Shown here: positions 44,087 through 58,970 of the stretch, in pieces
Layout: the number at the start of each line of letters is the position of its first letter
Position numbering within the stretch: the stretch's first letter is position 1
NCBI RefSeq assembly: GCF_009914755.1
Contig: NC_060933.1
Origin: the human T2T-CHM13v2.0 reference genome, Homo sapiens
Direction: 5' to 3' (one strand)
Length of the DNA stretch: 64,000 bases
Notes under the pieces: model-generated
Database searches by the model: none
Told to the model about the DNA's origin: nothing
The model's input: the letters and a program-made list of their open reading frames with translations, nothing else
Position numbers and translations under genes: made by a program

Positions 44087-46416
44087 GAGGGCATGGTCCA
44101 GGTGCCAAAATATTGCTGTGGCTGTGGGGTCAGCCAGCTGGCTGGTCCGCTAGTTGAGCCCTGGCTGGAAGGGGAATCTTGGCCTAGGTGATTTGCACAG
44201 GATAAAGTGGGCCTCCAACCAGAAGGCCTAGGAAGCAGCGTGCCTGGACCAAGGTTAGGAAAGCCCAAGGATGAACAGACGGATGGCAAACATTGATAAA
44301 CATCTAAGAATAGGAGCTAGAATCTCCAAAATTAAACCAGCAAGTGAATGTCCAGTGACCCACATATTCTGCTAAGGATGGGGGATGACTCAGTGTCCTG
44401 GAGAAGGAAGCAGGAAGCCCAGGCATAGTACAGTGGCAAGGACTGAGTCTGGGAGGCAGGGGTCTGGAGTCTGATCTCTAACCTTGTAGTTCCTCAATCC
44501 TGTGTCTATGGCCCCTGATGAAAGCTCGTACTGTGTGTCCTTAGGTGATGACCTCTCCCTCTCTGAGCCTCAGGTGTCTCATCTTACCAAATAAGTTTGA
44601 TGTCTGGAGACTGAGAGACCAGCCCCACCCTTGCACTGGGCACCATGATGACCAGGGTTCCTTTCAGTTTCAATGGTCTCTGAGTGACATGAACAAAACA
44701 GTTAGTTGGCTGCAAAGACCATGTCTTTCTCACTTCTGCCTGTGTACACCTGCTTTCTTTACAACTTTTGAGGAGGCCCTGGTCCTTTGGGACCAGGATT
44801 GTTCAGACCTTTGTAGAAGCTGAGCAGTATAATTTCTAGATGCACTGACCCATGACATAGCACACACCAAAATGCCCCCACATCCCACTGGAAATGCAAT
44901 TCATTTTCTCTAAAATAGTTTTTGGGGGCATTTTAATAATTTTACTTTGAGGATTATTTTGCTAATTTTATTTTCAATGGCTGTGGTTTCTTAGAAATCA
45001 TTGTGCATAGTTAGGAATTCCTTGAAGTGAAAGAATCTGCTAATTCTTTTCAAATATAAAAAAATTTACAGATACTAAGTATAACGATGTATAGAGTTGA
45101 TGTAACACAGAATTTCAGGGCATTTCATTACATTTTGACTGTGGAATTTTCATTTTGTAACTTGGAGTCAATGAGAATTTTTGTAGTGCATGAAACATTT
45201 TTCGAGGCTCTTGAGAAGCTCGTAGGTCCTCTGTCCTCTGTCTGTGGCACCTGATGGGAAAAATCCTCCTGCTTGAGGCAGCTGAGTTGAAGTGGGGGGT
45301 CATTTCTTACCATTATTAGTTTTTGTCTCATGTCTTCTGGCCTGAGAGCCTGTGCAAGCTTTGAGTGTATCAACAAGTAAAGAACACCCCCTTTCACTTT
45401 CCTTTAATCTCAGAAACTTCATTTCAACATCTGTCTTTCAACTAAGCCATCATATAGGCAGGCATCAGGGTAGCAGAATCCCCCCAGCCCCAGGGATTTT
45501 CCTAAAGCTTGTCTCTCCCCAGTGCTCTCAGGCATACCGCAGTCAAACCAGACATCATCCCCATTGTCAGGGTTCTACAGAAATAGATATCCCACAAAGG
45601 GCAGTATCTTGCCTGAGAATTTGTTTTCTCTTGCTGATAATTCCTCTCCATAAACATTTTTGAGAAAGATGAATAGGTGTACCTTTCTGGAACAGTGAAT
45701 GGATGCTGGGGGGTGAAATGACTCTGCATGGCATGTTTTATGGATGAGGGGAGGGTCCTGAGGACTGCCTTTCATGTCCTCAGCCTCTGACTTGGTTGCA
45801 GATTGCCCAGCCTACTCTTCTGTAGGTGAAGGTTTAGCAGCTGCTTCTCTCACTGCTGATAACCTCTGGAAGGCCCAGCCTGGGTGGAAGCTAGACACGC
45901 CCCAAGAGTTGGCACAAAATGCCACCAGCCTGTAGCAGCTCTGGGCCCACCCTGAAGACCTGGTTATCTCATTGCACCTCACAGCCAGTGCTGTAGGCTT
46001 CAGACACTCCATTCTGCTGGATCCCCCCTGCCTGCCTCTCTTCCCAACAGCCATGAAGGTAATGAATTCCTTCCCATCATGATGTTAATGAATCTCAAAG
46101 GGGGAAAAAAAGGAGATAAGATCTCAGAAATAAAGACGCCAACATAAAAACGGAAGACACAGTGACCTTCAACAGGATGAACAAATTTGAGATTTTTCCA
46201 TTCATCTCTGCCTGGGGGATGGGGACGGTGACCGTTAATAACAAAGTGACACCAAGTGATTTGCTGACAGTTCATAAAGGTCCCCGTGAAGCCCAGAGTC
46301 AAGAATGCCAAATGACTCATGAAGGTAGCAAACCAGAAATGGGGTTGGCGGGGGGGGGAACCCTGAACTGCGACCTAGGTCGCAGGTTTCAAAGCAGGTT
46401 TATTCTCACCCCAGGA

Positions 46417-46582
46417 TAGGGCTGCCAGAATTAGCAAATAAAAACATAGGATGCACGGTTATATTATATTTGAGTTTTAGGTAAGCAGTGTTTTTTTTTT
46501 TTTTGTATATTTGGGACATATTTGTACTGAAAATTTATTTGAAATTCAAACTTGGCATCCTGCATTTTCTCTGGCAACCCTA
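46417..46582. mobile_element. MER53 hAT MITE
   Basis: TIRs tagggctgccaga.../...tctggcaacccta; imperfect 8-bp flanks ccccagga/acccaggg. Confidence 0.8.
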
Positions 46583-46839
46583 ACCCAGGGGCATAGCACT
46601 TCTCATTTCCCGAGTATGTACACATTTCCAGGCTCAACTTCCACCAGGAAGAGGCTCCCTCCAGCTTTTTATATCTTAGTTTCTTGAATCTTACACTGAC
46701 TTATAGGTCCAGCTTACAGGCCATGTTTTTGAGAAGACGTTCCCCCAACAAATCATTTCTTCCTTTCTCTCTGCCCTCTTGCCCACTGTGTTTTGCTTAT
46801 TTTCCTATTTTGGTTTACATTTAGTTGCATGTAAGTCTG

Positions 46840-47220
46840 TTTCCCACACTAGATTGGGAGCAAATCAAGGGCAAGGACTGTATCTAGATTCTTTTTCTTC
46901 ATTGCCCCCAATATAGTTTCACCCGTGCCTGACGTGCATACTTTGTGAATGTTTGCTGACTGAATGAGTGAGTGATCAAAGCTAACATGCTTTGAGTGCT
47001 GACTATGTGCCAGGCATGGATTTAAGTCCTTTAATGTTCTAGTAACACTTTGAGGTAAGCGTCATTTTAATTTCCATTTTAGGGATGGAGAAATGGAGGC
47101 ACAGAGAAGTAACTTGCTTAAGGTCAAGGGCAGAGCTGGGACTTGAACTCAGGCAGTGTGGCTGCAGAGTCTGTGCTCTTAAACTCTGTAATAGATCAAA
47201 TGGATGAATGAATGAACAGA
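46840..47220. mobile_element. L2 end plus MIR
   Basis: gggcaaggactgtatct...gtttgctgactgaatgagtgagtg; cattttagggatggagaaatggaggcacagagaagtaacttgc. Confidence 0.6.
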
Positions 47221-47859
47221 AGAATGAGTGGGAGAATAAATGAAAAAATTCACGAGCAGAGGTGGCAAATGGTAGTAAGATCAGGGAGATACAAGAGGTA
47301 GGAGCCAAGGTAAGTAATAGGACATCAGAGGCTGGCGGAATCAGAGTGAAACCAAGAAGACAAGCTGAGTGACCTGAACATGAGAGGCAGCCCAGCAGCA
47401 GGAACGGCTCATCTCTGGTTCCTCTTTCTGCTTTGGAAATTAATCCTTGGGCCCCAACTGATCTATGACTCTGCAGGGGCCTGACTGTAACTCTTCCTAG
47501 CTTTCTGTCTCTCAGCCCTCCACTTCCCGGAGCGGACTCCAACCCCTCTTCTCTTAAAAGGCTCAGACCTGCTGAGCTCTGAGGCCAACGCTGTCTTTCC
47601 TTGGGGGTGCTCACTTAGGAGTTACAGGGCATCCACAGGAAGTCAGCTTGGTGTCAGGGCCCTCCCTGTTCTTGGGCCATGGCCACTCCATGTCTAGTGG
47701 ACCTCTGTCTGGCTCCTGCTGTAGGTGTCACATTGAAGGAAACAATGGGATCAACAGAGGGTGACCACAGGCTGCCTGCTAATCAGATCACTGCCAGGGT
47801 TATTATAGAAATGCATTTAAGCCCATGGAAACAGACAATGGCCTGCTTATGTCTTCAAC

Positions 47860-48895
47860 CTATTCTTTTTATTTATAAAGTTGTGGTTTAAAAAACCCCA
47901 CATAACATAAAATTGACCATCTTACCATGTTTCTTTTCATTTTTTTTTTTTGAGAAGGGATCTCTCTGTCACTCAGGCTGGAGGGCAGTGGTGACCTCAG
48001 CTCTTTGTGACCTCTGCCTCCCAGGCTCAAGCAGTCATCCACCTCAGCCTCCTGAGTAGCTGGGACCAGAGGCCTGTGCCACCACGCCCAGCTAAATTCT
48101 TGTATTTTTGGTAGAGACAGGGTTTTGCCATATTGGCCAGGCTGGTCTCAAACACCTGGACTCAAGCAATCCACCTGCCTTGGCCTCCCAAAGTGCTGGG
48201 ATTATAGGCGTGAGAAACCGTGCCCGGCTGTTTTAACATTTTTATGTGTACAGTTCAGTCATGTTAAATATACTCACATTGTTGTGAAGCAGCACTCCAG
48301 AAGGCTTTTGTCTTGCAAAACTGAAACCTATACCCGTTAAACAATAACTACTCTCACCTCCTCCCTCCAGCCCCTGGTAACTACCGCTCTACTTTGTGTT
48401 TCTATGAATTTGATGATTTTAGATACCTCATATAAGTGGAATCATGCAGTATATGTATTTTTGTGACTGGCTTATTTCTTACTGTAATGTACTCAAGGTT
48501 CATCCATGTGAAGCATGTATCAGAATTTCATTCCTCTTTAAGGGTGAATAATATTCCATAATATGGATATGCATTGTCTTCATTCCTCTGTCAGTGTCGA
48601 GTTGTTCCCATCTCTTGGCTATTGTGAATAATGCTGCAGTAAACATGGGTTTGTGCAAATATCTCTTGAGACCCTTGCTTTCAACTCTTTTGGAAATATT
48701 CCCTGAGGAGAAATTGCTGGAGCATATGTTAGTTCTATTTTTAATTTTCTGAGGAGCTACCATGCTAGCTTCCACAGCAGTTGTATACAATCATATGTTC
48801 CCTCCAACAGAGCACAAGGCTTCCAATTTCTTCCTATCTTCGCCAACACTTGTTGTTTTCTGTTTCCTTGGTAGTATCTATTCTAATGGGTGTGC
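47860..48895 (-). mobile_element. L1MB-like 3' end with an AluJ (~47935-48228, minus)
   Basis: cataacataaaattgaccatct, agatacctcatataagtggaatcatgcagtat. Confidence 0.82.
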
Positions 48896-49974
48896 CTGTT
48901 TCTGGACTGCCTTAGAACATTTTTTAATTATTTATTAGAACTGAGCAATGGGAAAAGTATCACATAATTTTATGGGCAGATAACCCGATAACCTAGAGCC
49001 ACAGAGAGCAATCATAACTTTGCCAATGACCTCGTGACTGTGGGCAAGTTGTGCGATCTCTTGAGTTCTCATCTGCTCACTTAAGGACAAGGCCTTCTCA
49101 ATGATACAACCTTCTCCCTCCTTTCCCCTGATGTTTTCACGAGGAAAAGGTGGGAAGTGAGAGGTGGGAAATGACTTGTGAGATTGGGGTCTTAATCTCA
49201 GCAGCCATCACCCCGAGTATATATTTTTCTTTTCTCTATAAGACTAACTCATGCTTATTTTTGAACATGTAGAAAGCTCACAAAAGCATTAGAAGCAAGG
49301 AAATGTGTATCTACCCTTCGATCACCCAGAGGCAACACCTGATAACATTTTGCTCTGTTTCTTATAATCTTTTTCTAAGTGAGGCAAACTTTAATCTTCG
49401 AGAGTCCCTCTTTTTCTAAAGAAGAGCTACTTCTTTTCACAGCAGTCCGTAGCAAAGTTAACTGAGCTCTCAATTTCTTAAATATATCTTTCTTTGTGCT
49501 AGTTCATTTCTTAGATGTGTCACTTTGAGTGAAAAGCAATTAATTGTAGTGGAAACGCTGCTAGGAGACATCTTATGAAATTCTGTTAATATGTATAGGG
49601 AGAGAAAGGAAGGGGAAAGGGAGCTGCCGGGCAAACCCAGTCTATTTAAACGGATAATTTCCTTTCCTTTCAAGTTTCAGGGTTGCAGATCTATATATTT
49701 ATGAAAGGACTAGAAAGCTGTTACTGTATCTCCAATTTGTCAAACTCGGTAAAAACCCAACTGAAAAGCAAAGTTGATAGAATGACTTTGATAAATGTCA
49801 TTTTCAATTTTTTTGGTTTTCCAAGGAACATTGCTATATCAGTTCAGAAAAAAGTCGAAATTACAATTGTAAGATTAAAAAAGGGGGCATGTGGGAGAGC
49901 GCTGGGTTTCGAAGGCTTGTTCTCAGTAATGTCCAGCCTCAGGAAGCCATGCCTGGAGATCATTTTTTAAAATA

Positions 49975-50260
49975 TTTTTTGAGATGGAGTCACTCTATCA
50001 CCCAGGCTGGAGTACAGTGGTGCAATGTTGGCTCACTGCAACTTCTGCCTCCTGAGTTCAAGTGATCCTCCTACTTCAGCCTCCTGAGTAGCTGGGATTA
50101 CTACAGGTGCCTGCCACTATGCCCAGTTAATTTTTGTATTTTTAGTAGAGACAGGGTTTCACCATGTTGGCCAGGCTGGTCTCGAAGTCCTGACCTCAGG
50201 TAATCTGCCTGCCTCGGCCTCAAAGTGCTGGGATTACAGGTGTGAGCCACCGTGCCTGGC
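49975..50260 (-). mobile_element. AluS
   Basis: Antisense Alu. Confidence 0.9.
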
Positions 50261-50560
50261 TGCTTGGGGATCTTTGGGGCTGGTGTTGCCTAAAGGATTG
50301 GGCTTTGAGGCTGCAGGAGTCCCAGAAGGTTTTGTTTTGAAAACTGGGGCCTGGCTGGGACCCCTGAGGGTGGCCTGACCTGCCTCCTGGGTTGGGGAAT
50401 CCTGCACAAAAGGCATTCAGCACAGCTCCTGGCACAGGAGAACTGCTCAGTAACTATTGAATATAATTGCGATGTTCTGGGGTGTGGAGGGAGAGGGCTT
50501 CTGGGCCTTCTCTTGGCAGTGTGGTTGGGAGTCGGAGGAAGAGTCACATTTGGAAAGTGA

Positions 50561-50932
<372 letters not shown>

Positions 50933-50993
50933 CCTTTATCTACTTTCTAATTCCTCCATAATATGGGCTTCCAGGGCCCTGGTTGGGAAAGGA

Positions 50994-51026
<33 letters not shown>

Positions 51027-51038
51027 TGTGTGTGTGTG
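50994..51038. repeat. (TG)n microsatellite, one interruption
   Basis: Direct reading. Confidence 0.97.
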
Positions 51039-51142
51039 TCAGGGCATCTAAAACAGGGAAGGTTTAGGGAGGAGGAAGAGTCAACTCACATTTATTAAGC
51101 CGTTACTGTACTGTATGTTTACCAGACACCATACAAAGCATG

Positions 51143-51550
51143 TGATATGGTTTGGATGTGTGTCCCCTCCAGAGCTCATGTTGAAATGTGAAACCCAGTG
51201 TTGGAGCTGGGGCCTAGTGGAGGTGTTCGGGTCATGGGGGTGGATCCCTCATGAATGGCTTGGTGCTGTCCTCTTGGGAATGAGTAAATTCTCACTCTGT
51301 TCGTTCTTGCGAGATCTGGTTGTTTGAAAGAACATGGTGCCCTCCCTCTCTCGCTTCCGCTCTCGCCATGTGACTGGCCTGCTCCTCCTTCACCTTCCTC
51401 CATGATTGTAAGCTTCCTAAGGCCTCCCCAGAAGCTGAGCAGATCCTGGTGCCGTGCTTGTACAGCCTGCAGAACCATGAGACAAACCTCTTTTCTTTAT
51501 AAATTACCCAGCCTCAGGTATTCCTTTATAGCAATGCAAAGGAATAACAT
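51143..51550 (+). mobile_element. MST-family (MSTB-like) MaLR solo LTR
   Basis: tgatatggtttggatgtgtgtcccc...cttttctttataaattacccagcctcaggtattcctttatagcaatgc. Confidence 0.85.
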
Positions 51551-51792
51551 AGCATATAAGAACTAAACCAAAGAAGTAACACAGCATGTAAGAAAAAAAC
51601 TAATTCACAAAAGAGGTTAGGAGGTAACTGGACTAAGCATTTGGACCAGGCTTTTCTTCTTGACCCTGAAGCCTGAGCAGGAACATCTCCTCCATTTCCT
51701 GTGGACCTATAGAAAGATTTCCTCCACCATGTTTCTTAAGAGTTCAAGCCTAGCCTGGCCTCAGGTAAGGTCTCAAGAAGCAGAATTTTCCG

Positions 51793-52179
<387 letters not shown>

Positions 52180-53249
52180 CTACTTTATCACTGGCTGCCA
52201 CTCATCTTTGAGAAGGACAGCCCAAAAGAGCTGGCTTAGGCTTGCCAGAAACTCTCCCAGGCCACATGGAAAGCCAGGTGACCCTGTAGTACCTGCCCAG
52301 TGTGACTCAAGCCCCGAGTAGAAGAAAAGCAAGTTCCAACCTGCAGGCCAAGCCTGGCATGCAGTGGGGCTGTGCGCAGACTGCCATCCTTGGCACCAAT
52401 GGTGCCAAATTTCTTGCCAAATGGGCTTGAGTTTCAACATGTTGGGAGAGCACAGGAGCCTGTGAGCATAACTTTGCTGTCAACCCTGAAGCAGGGCCAA
52501 AGAAGATCCTAGAGAGTCCAGCAGTACAGCAGATGGAAGGGACAGGCATGGATGTTGGGCTCCTGGGGATTCAGCCCTCTTTGGGCAAAGCAGAACACCA
52601 TCTAACACCAGAGGACTAGACTGCGGCCGGAGCATTGCCCGAGCCATCCCAGGGGATGGAGGTGAGTTTTTGTTTTACCTGTGAGATCTTAGAACTTAGG
52701 CTAGGTAGGTTTGTAGAAGTGGTCTTGTCTACAGTGTGCACCTTCATTGTACAGATGGGGAAATGGAGGCCCAGAAAGAAAAGGAGACTTTCCTAAGGTC
52801 ACATACTGGAGCTCGTGGTGCAGCTAGACTGCAACCTAATGTGGTGGTATTTTCGTTTCCCATATTACTTGGTCCTCTCAAATGACTATAAAATTATAAA
52901 GGGTTTACAATTTTAAGGGATTAGTTTTCTAAGGGAACTCTTGTTTTCCATCAACTCTGTGAAGTCTTGGGGGTCCTTCAGTAACCAGGGGACTATAGAA
53001 TCCTTTTGATCCTAAGAATAGGAATTAGGTCAGATTTTTCTCTTTCTGGGCAAACCCCTTCCTACTTAGTTGAAATCCCTTGAAACTCTAGTCAATAGTG
53101 AATGAGAGGCCAGCTGAACAGGACAACCCACTGTCTCCATCACCAGAACGTTCTCCGCTCAAAACTTTGTTGTATATGCCTCAATATGTTGCCTATATCT
53201 ATAATCTGTATCATCTATCACTGTCTCTCTTATATACATTGTATTTTTC

Positions 53250-55100
53250 CATGACATTACATCTTCTCTGATATGTGTGACAGAGTTTTCCATTGTATGA
53301 TTATACTAAAGTTTGTTTAATTAATAATGTAAAGTTCTTAGTTTGTTTTTTCTTCTTTTTTGTTGATTACATTAGCTAGTCCCTTCAAGACAATGTTAGA
53401 CACTGAAGTGATAAGTATCCTTCATTCTTCTTTCTTCTGATTTTCTAAGATCTGTGCTTAGAATTTTTCTCCTAAATGGGTGTGGATATAATTACATATC
53501 CTTAGTTTTCAGGATTTTTATTAAATTCCTTTTGGGTTTTTATCAAGATGATCATATTTTTCTTTCTTAATCTATTAAAACAATAAATTATAATAACAGA
53601 TTTTCTAATGTTGAATCAGACTTGTAATCATGATATATTATTCTTTTAATACATTGCATATATTAAATATATGCAATGTTTAATGAATTATATGAATATA
53701 TAATTTAATATATATTGATTCTATTTGCAGTATTTGACATGCTATTTTTGCAAATATATTTATGTGATATTAATATTTAGCTTTTAGTGTGCTTGGTATA
53801 TCTTTGTGAATAAAAAACTATCAAGTTTGATATGAATGACATGTTAGATTTATAAAACAAATTAAGGAGTATTTCAACTTTTATGCTGTGGACCCACCTA
53901 AATAGCACAGAAGTTATCTATTGCATGAGGCTTAAAATAATTCACCTGTAAAACTGTATGGACCTGGTGCCTATTTAAGGGCTTATTTTAAAAATAAGTT
54001 TTCTAGACCTTTCTATTTTTGTCTGTCTTTTCTGTATCTTCTTCAGAATAATTTGGTAATTTATATTTTTTGAGGATTATTTATTTTAATTCAAATTTTA
54101 GCATTTCCTTAGAATCTCTGATTATATCACCTTTCTCACTTCCATCATTGTTTGTGTTTCTATTTTTTGTGATTAGAGATAATTGTTACTTTCCTCTATT
54201 GCTGGTCTTTTCAAGGGATTTGCTCTTGGAGGTGTTTACTAATTCTACTTCCTGTGTATGTGCGTGTTTGTGTGGGTATTTAATTCCTTAATATCTGCTT
54301 TTACCTTTACCATCTGCTAATTGGATTGATTGAATTAATTTCCTCTAACTATCTTTTTTAGTTGAATGCTGAGTTTTTAAAAATGTTTTTCTTATTTAAA
54401 AGCTAAAAGTATTTAAACCAATATTTAAACCCAAAAATTGTTCTCAGAATGTGGCTTTACCTATACCCCAAAAGTTATTTGAGCGTTGTATTTGTTTATG
54501 TTTGTTATTTATGTACAAACATAAATAACAACATGGTTGGATGTAGATTTTTAGTTTACAATCTTTTCCCTTCAAACTCTTGATGTTACATTATTTTCTT
54601 CTTGACTTCATTATTTCAGAGAACTGTGGCAATCTTATTTTTTTCATTTAAACATAACTTATTTTTCTCCTGCTATGATTAGCCTATAGAAATTTTCTTC
54701 TATTTATGTGTAACACATAGCTGGAGCTTAGTAAATCTACATTGGCAGACTAACTGAAGGAAAATTTCAGCAGTTTATATCAAATAGTACATCTCATTTA
54801 TTTAATGAGTTGTCTGGTATTCTGTAATTCCTTTTCATCTGAAAGCTACAGTGTTTATTCAGTTCAGGGACATTTTCTTCTACTTTTTCTTTGATGATCA
54901 TTTCCTCATTTGCTCTGTTCTTTTTCTTAGGAGTTCCTACTAATATCTGGATTCATCATTCAAGTCACTTTGATGTTCTCTGTTCTTTGAGCTACTGGAG
55001 AATGCCTTGTTTGTCTTTCCAATTCATAGAGACACAGACTTGATGGAGATTTGAAATTCAACAATTGTGGATTACATTTTAAAGCATTTTTTCCTAATTT
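53250..55100 (-). mobile_element. Highly degraded old L1M, AT-rich
   Basis: ttttctaatgttgaatcagacttg, aattcacctgtaaaactgtatggacctggtgc resemble antisense L1 ORF2. Confidence 0.6.
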
Positions 55101-55169
55101 AGTGGCTTATCCTTTTCTTAGATGCAACTGACATTTCTCTGTTCTCCTATCACTCAGGCTTTCTGAAGA

Positions 55170-55855
55170 ACGTGACATGGACAACCACTACCCGTCTTCC
55201 TGAAATTCTTTTTTTCTCTTGTATACTCCGACATCACACTTCTTGAGTTTCCTCCTACCTGATGACCAGTCCATTTCAGCCTTTTGTCCTGGCTCCTCCT
55301 CTGCTCAGCTTTGAACTATTGAAACATTTCAACACTTGCGCCTGGGCCTTTTTTTCTTTTCTCTGTCTGCACAGTCTATCCAGAGCCATAGCTTTAAGTA
55401 CCATCTTTCCTCTGAACAGTACCAAATTTGTATCTCTGGCCCATACTTTTCCCTGATCTTAGACTTATGTCTCCATGTTTGTAGCTCCACTTGGAAATCT
55501 AAAAGGCATCTCAAACTTCGCAAGGATAAAGAAGACCCTTGATTCTCCATCCCAAACCAATTTCTCATGTCCTCTCAATTTTCACCAAAGAGCTCAAACA
55601 TTTAGTTGCTCAAGACAAAAGTATAGGCATTATTTCTATTTCCTGCTTTTCCCTATTATCACAGCTAATCCATCCTCAAGACCTGTTGATTCTCCCTCCA
55701 AAATGTGTCCTGAATTTGTCTACTTCTTTCAATCCACACTTCCATGGTCCTTGTTCCAACTATCATTGCAATAACTACCTGACAGGTCTCTTCATGTCTA
55801 CTTTTGCCCTGCTGTAATCTGTTCTTTATATAGCAGCCAGAGTAATCTTTTAAAA
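55170..55855 (+). mobile_element. L2 fragment
   Basis: ctccacttggaaatctaaaaggcatctcaaact, tagcagccagagtaatcttttaaaa. Confidence 0.65.
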
Positions 55856-56707
55856 ACAAAAACTGATGCCAAAAAATTAGATAACCTAAAATGGAAAATT
55901 TCCTAGAAAGACACAAACAGTTGAAACTGACTCAAGAAGAATTAAAACATTTGAACAGAGTATAACAAGAAAAGATAGTGAATATTAAAAAAAAACCTTC
56001 CCATTAAAAAAAGATGATTTCACTGGTGAATTCTTCCAGATGTTTAAAGAAGAACTGACACTACTCTTCCCTAAAATGAGAACACTTCTCAACTCATTCT
56101 GTGAAGCCAGTATTATAATGATACTGGCTGTATAACTTACATAATACCCAAGTCAGACAAATACCACAAGAAAACAACAGACCAACATTCCTTATGAATA
56201 TAGATGCAAAAATTCTCAACAAAATACTAGAAAAATGAATCCAACAACATATAAAAAGATTACACCATGATCGAGTGAGATTTATTCCAGGAATTTGAGG
56301 TTGGTTCAACATAGAAAAATCAATTTATTTAATAAACCATATTAATAGAATAAAATATAAAAACCATATGATCATTTCAATAGATGCAAAAAAGCATTTC
56401 ACAAAATTCAACACCCTTTTATGATACTCAAGAAACTAGAAATTGAAGGGAACTTCCTCTACCAGGTAAAGTATATGTATAAAAAACCCACAGCTAATGT
56501 AATATGTAATGGTGAAAGACTGAAAGCTTTTTTTTCTAGCATCAGGAACATGATAAGAATGTCTGCTCCTGCTACTTTTAGTCAACATTATGCTGCAGGT
56601 TCTAGCCAGAGAAATCAGGCAAGAAAAAGAAATAAAGTACATCTAAATTGGAAAGGAATAAAAGTAAAACTAGCTGTTTTGCATGCAAATAGACGTGAAC
56701 TACTATA

Positions 56708-56803
56708 CATATGCTGCTTGACTTATGATGGGGTATGTCCCAATAAACCTATAGTAAGGTCAAAAAATCATAAGTTGAGCCATTGTAAGCTGGGGACTGT
56801 CTG
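56708..56803. mobile_element. MER47-like (Tigger-derived) MITE, ~96 bp, inside L1
   Basis: After TA: catatgctgcttgacttatgatgggg...cattgtaagctggggactgtctg. Confidence 0.65.
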
Positions 56804-57409
56804 CATAGAAAAACTTAAATTCATTAAAAAAAACTTAGAGATAATAAATGAGTTCAGCAAAATTTAGGATACAAGATCCATATACAAAATTCACTTGCAG
56901 TTTTATACACTTGCAAAGAAGAATCCAGAACTTAAGAAAATATTCTTCTTGTAACATCACACAGAACAAACCACTTAGAAGTAAATGTAACAAAAAAGGT
57001 GCAAAACTAGTAAACTAAAACCTATAAAAAATCACGAAAGAAATTAAAGAAAACCTAAGTAAATGGAAAGACATCCCATGCTCATGGATTGGAAAACTTA
57101 ATATTGCTAAGATGGCAATACTACCCAAAGTGAGCTATAGATTCAATGCAACTTATCTCAAAATCTCAGCTGGCTTTTTTTGAGAAATTGACAAGCTAAT
57201 CCTAAAATTCATATGGAAATGCAAGAAGCTCAAAATAGCCAACACAATCTTGAAGAAAAAAAAATGTTGGAGAAACCACATTTCTTAATTTTAAAACTTA
57301 CCACAAAACTACAGTAATTAAGACTGTTTGATACTGGCATAAGGATAGACATATAGATCAATGGACTAGAAGTGAGAGTCCAGAAATAAACATCTATGCT
57401 CAATTGATT

Positions 57410-58450
<1,041 letters not shown>

Positions 58451-58682
58451 TCTCCCTGCACTACATACAAAAATTAAGTCAAAATGCATCAAAGGCAAGA
58501 GATGAAACTATGAGACTCTTAGAAAAAAACATAGGTGTAAATCTTGTGGCCTTGGACTTTCTTAGTGCTTTCTTAGATACAACCCCAAAAGCACAAGCAA
58601 ACCAAAGAAAAAAATAGATAAATTGGACTTCATCAAAATTAAAAACTTTTTGCTTCAAAGGACACTATCAAGAAAATGAAAA

Positions 58683-58970
58683 GCTGGGCTCAGTGGCTCA
58701 TGCCTGTAATCCTAGCACTTTGGGAGGCTGAGGTGAGAGGATACTAGAGCCTAGGAGTTCAAGATCAGCCTGGACAGCATAGGGAGACCCCATCTCTACG
58801 AGTTATAATAAAAATAATTAGGTGGGCTTGGTGGTGCTCACCTGTGGTCCCAGCTACTTGGGAGGCTGAAGTGGGAGGATCCTGAGCCTGGAAGGTCAAG
58901 GCTGCAGTGAGCTATGATGGGGCCATTGTGCTCCAGTCTGGGCAACAGAGTGAGACCCTGTCTTAAACAA
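58683..58970 (+). mobile_element. AluJ-like in L1
   Basis: Dimeric Alu. Confidence 0.87.

Noticed and set aside
44131-44160. ggctggtccg (Y RNA 5' motif) overlapping the 14-bp palindrome cagccagctggctg
   Set aside because: No further Y RNA similarity and no complementary 3' stem; chance match.
47039-47614. 191-aa minus-strand ORF
   Set aside because: Non-ATG start, no recognisable domain, runs into MIR/L2 sequence.
56421-56867. ORF with reverse-transcriptase-like sequence
   Set aside because: Frameshifted L1 ORF2 remnant; not an intact gene.
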